Made by a program: the position numbers and the translations under genes. Positions 23,040-24,831 of a DNA stretch of 24,831 bases are shown in pieces. The notes under the pieces are model-generated. The model was not told the origin of the DNA and did no database searches. It saw nothing but the letters and a program-made list of their open reading frames with translations. Every line of letters begins with the position of its first letter. Position 1 is the first letter of the stretch. The stretch spans positions 1-24,831 of IMG/VR virus record IMGVR_UViG_3300025803_000093; one strand, given 5' to 3'. The stretch is from a virus (lineage: Duplodnaviria; Caudoviricetes).

Positions 23040-23416
23040 TATTCAAATAGCTCCCATGTTTGATTTGTTTCATTCCAATTATATCTTTGACCATCATCAG
23101 GATGTTCAATAGGTGCATCCCAACGACAAGTTGTTTCGTTTAATATCCAACTGTTAAAAGGTTTTGGTGGAATAAAAGCATCTCTAGTTTGGTCATAAGT
23201 ATAACCAACACCAGCAAAATTTTTTCTAAAAGGTGTACCATCTAATTTATGTACTCCTGCAAAAGTATTATAAGATGTTTGTTTCCAAACATCTCTTGTA
23301 CCATATAGATTATTTAAAAAATCTACACCAGCTTGTTCAGTTGTCGCAATTTCATTTGATACTACTTCAACTCTTTCAACTATATTTCCTGTTCCTAATT
23401 TTGCAAAATGTGACAT
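23039..23416 (-). CDS. Partner or chaperone of the glycine-rich tail fibre
   Basis: MSHFAKL...WKQTSYN...RKNFAGVGYTYD..RDAFIPPKP pattern; directly follows the Gly-rich fibre. Confidence 0.65.
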   Translation of the reverse strand: MSHFAKLGTGNIVERVEVVSNEIATTEQAGVDFLNNLYGTRDVWKQTSYNTFAGVHKLDGTPFRKNFAGVGYTYDQTRDAFIPPKPFNSWILNETTCRWDAPIEHPDDGQRYNWNETNQTWELFE

Positions 23417-23419
23417 AAT

Positions 23420-24655
23420 TTATCCTGTGTAAGTTCCTGAACCTGTAAATGTTAAAACTGTTTTTCCTGAAACTCCAGTAGCAACTGTTGGAGAGCCTGT
23501 AGTAATTCCTGAATAATCTGCATCTGCCATACTTAAAATAACTACTCCTGATCCACCATTACCACCATTACCTGCGGATGAGCCATCAGTACCACCTCCG
23601 CCTCCGCCACCGCCTGTGTTTGCAGTTCCAGAAGTTGCATTAGTTCCAGTCGGAGTACCAGCACCTCCGCCGCCAGAACCTCCAGTACTTGCACTTGCTC
23701 TATTATCATAACCTGCACCTCCACCACCACCTGCTCTTGTGACAGAAGAACCTGTAATTGCACTTGCTAAACCATTACCACCATTTCCGGGTGTTTCTCC
23801 AGAGGCATTTGTTCCAACTGCTCCAGCACCTCCACCTCCGCCAGAACCATTACCACCACCTCCATTTCCGCCATTATAACCTTGATTAGCTGTTCCTAAA
23901 CCACCAGTACTACTTCCAGCACTTCCTCCACCACCAGAACCACCAGAACCACCTTGAGCAGGAGAACCCGGATATTTAACACCTTTTCCACCACCAACAG
24001 AAGTTATTGTTGTAATATCTGAACCAGAAATTGAAGAATCTACACCAGTAGCACCATCTGTTTCATTTGATGTAGCACCAGCACCACCTGCACCAATAGT
24101 AATTGTATAAACTGTTCCACCATTAAAAGTTAAAGAGGTTTCAGAAGAACCTCCACCACCAGAGGTTTCTGAACCGAATGAATTTCTATATCCACCAGCA
24201 CCACCACCAGAACCTGTTGATGAACCAGGTGTATCTTTAGCACCACCTCCTCCTCCAGCAATAACTAAAAAATCTGCTGAATAAGTTTGTGGAGTTTCTA
24301 AAGTTACATCATCATCAACAGTTGGTATCCAACCTTGTGTTGCACCTGAATAAACTATTCTTACTGATTGACCAGATGTATTATATTCTGGATTAGGCGA
24401 AGTGTAGCCTTGAAAATTTAAACTGTTAGGATTTAGAGTAACTGCATTAGTTCCCCAAGTTCTTGAGTAATCTGAAAATTCTATTGTATCTCCAGCATTA
24501 GCTGAAGCAGGTAATGTAACTGTTACTGCACCACTTGTAGTATTAATCCAATATCCCTTACCAGTTTCTGCTGTAAAGGATGCAGTTTTAATACCAGTAT
24601 CCCATTTTAAATCTACTGTTTGCGTTTCGGCAGGATAGTTTCCTATGTAAGCCAT
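23420..24655 (-). CDS. Tail fibre / adhesin with glycine-rich C-terminal domain
   Basis: MAYIG N-terminus; TASFTA..GKGYWINTTSGAVTVTLPASA domain; FLVIAGGGGG...GGSGVVIL polyglycine domain. Confidence 0.85.
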   Translation of the reverse strand: MAYIGNYPAETQTVDLKWDTGIKTASFTAETGKGYWINTTSGAVTVTLPASANAGDTIEFSDYSRTWGTNAVTLNPNSLNFQGYTSPNPEYNTSGQSVRIVYSGATQGWIPTVDDDVTLETPQTYSADFLVIAGGGGGAKDTPGSSTGSGGGAGGYRNSFGSETSGGGGSSETSLTFNGGTVYTITIGAGGAGATSNETDGATGVDSSISGSDITTITSVGGGKGVKYPGSPAQGGSGGSGGGGSAGSSTGGLGTANQGYNGGNGGGGNGSGGGGGAGAVGTNASGETPGNGGNGLASAITGSSVTRAGGGGGAGYDNRASASTGGSGGGGAGTPTGTNATSGTANTGGGGGGGGTDGSSAGNGGNGGSGVVILSMADADYSGITTGSPTVATGVSGKTVLTFTGSGTYTG

Positions 24656-24668
24656 TAATTAAATCTCC

Positions 24669-24831
24669 TTAACTTGAAATTGCGTCTACTGTTGATACCC
24701 AAACATCTAAAGATGAAGCTGTGTCTGATATTACTTTTAAAGCATCACCAGATTGAACAACAAATTTAGCACCACCATCAAGAACTTGAAGTGATGAACC
24801 TGCTGGAATAGGTGCATCTTTAATTAAATAA
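24669..24831 (-). CDS. Partial small tail protein (5' end outside the window), probable paralog of 20670-21008
   Basis: Translated by hand: YLIKDAPIPAGSSLQVLDGGAKFVVQSGDALKVISDTASSLDVWVSTVDAISS*. Confidence 0.75.
   Translation of the reverse strand, partial: YLIKDAPIPAGSSLQVLDGGAKFVVQSGDALKVISDTASSLDVWVSTVDAISS

Larger units (their letters stand above)
1..24831. mobile_element. Segment of a dsDNA podovirus-like phage genome, probably infecting a streamlined marine alphaproteobacterium (pelagiphage-like)
   Basis: Dense, translationally coupled small genes; tail fibres with chaperones, ejection-protein cluster, holin/endolysin, SSB, exonuclease, DUF3310; low GC; alphaproteobacterial-type XRE HTH. 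Host assignment is inference. Confidence 0.9.

Noticed and set aside
10686-23418. Plus-strand ORFs at 10686, 19241, 20372, 21177, 21813, 22339, 22909 and 23233
   Set aside because: Antisense shadows of the late operon, mostly with non-ATG starts and no SD.
23542-23763. Val/Glu-rich alternative-frame ORF in the tail fibre
   Set aside because: By-product of GGT/GGA glycine codon runs.
23540-24270. CCA/CCT triplet repeats as a tandem array or diversity-generating retroelement target
   Set aside because: They encode polyglycine; no reverse transcriptase or template-repeat copy was seen in the window.
1-24831. Stop-codon reassignment or an integration module
   Set aside because: Genes are intact in the standard code with TAA, TAG and TGA all used as stops; no integrase or att-like tRNA fragment was seen.

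Overview
AT-rich (about 30% GC by eye) tailed-phage DNA, most consistent with a marine alphaproteobacterial (pelagiphage-like) podovirus; the host and group are inferred, not searched. Layout: (1) a ~380-nt non-coding, hairpin-dense leader at the left end; (2) a + strand array of ~21 small early genes (XRE HTH, DUF3846-like, mostly unknown) punctuated by related RNA hairpins; (3) a ~185-nt structured intergenic segment (candidate ncRNA); (4) an inverted five-gene block (DnaA-C-like HTH, Q/sigma-r4-like regulator, DUF968-like HNH, unknown, Sm/Hfq-like); (5) a + strand recombination module (PD-(D/E)XK exonuclease, SSB, UvsY-like, DUF3310); (6) a - strand late operon with three tail fibre/chaperone pairs, a P22 gp14/gp7-like ejection cluster, a metallophosphoesterase, endolysin, holin and small accessory genes. 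No DNA polymerase, integrase, tRNA or CRISPR array was seen. The best lead is a possible RNA-level regulatory system: a structured RNA with two identical CCUAUUAAA loops complementary to AAUAGG ribosome-binding regions of early genes, next to an Sm/Hfq-like gene, plus a family of CYRG-core hairpins. All family assignments are from motif recognition and all folds are by hand.
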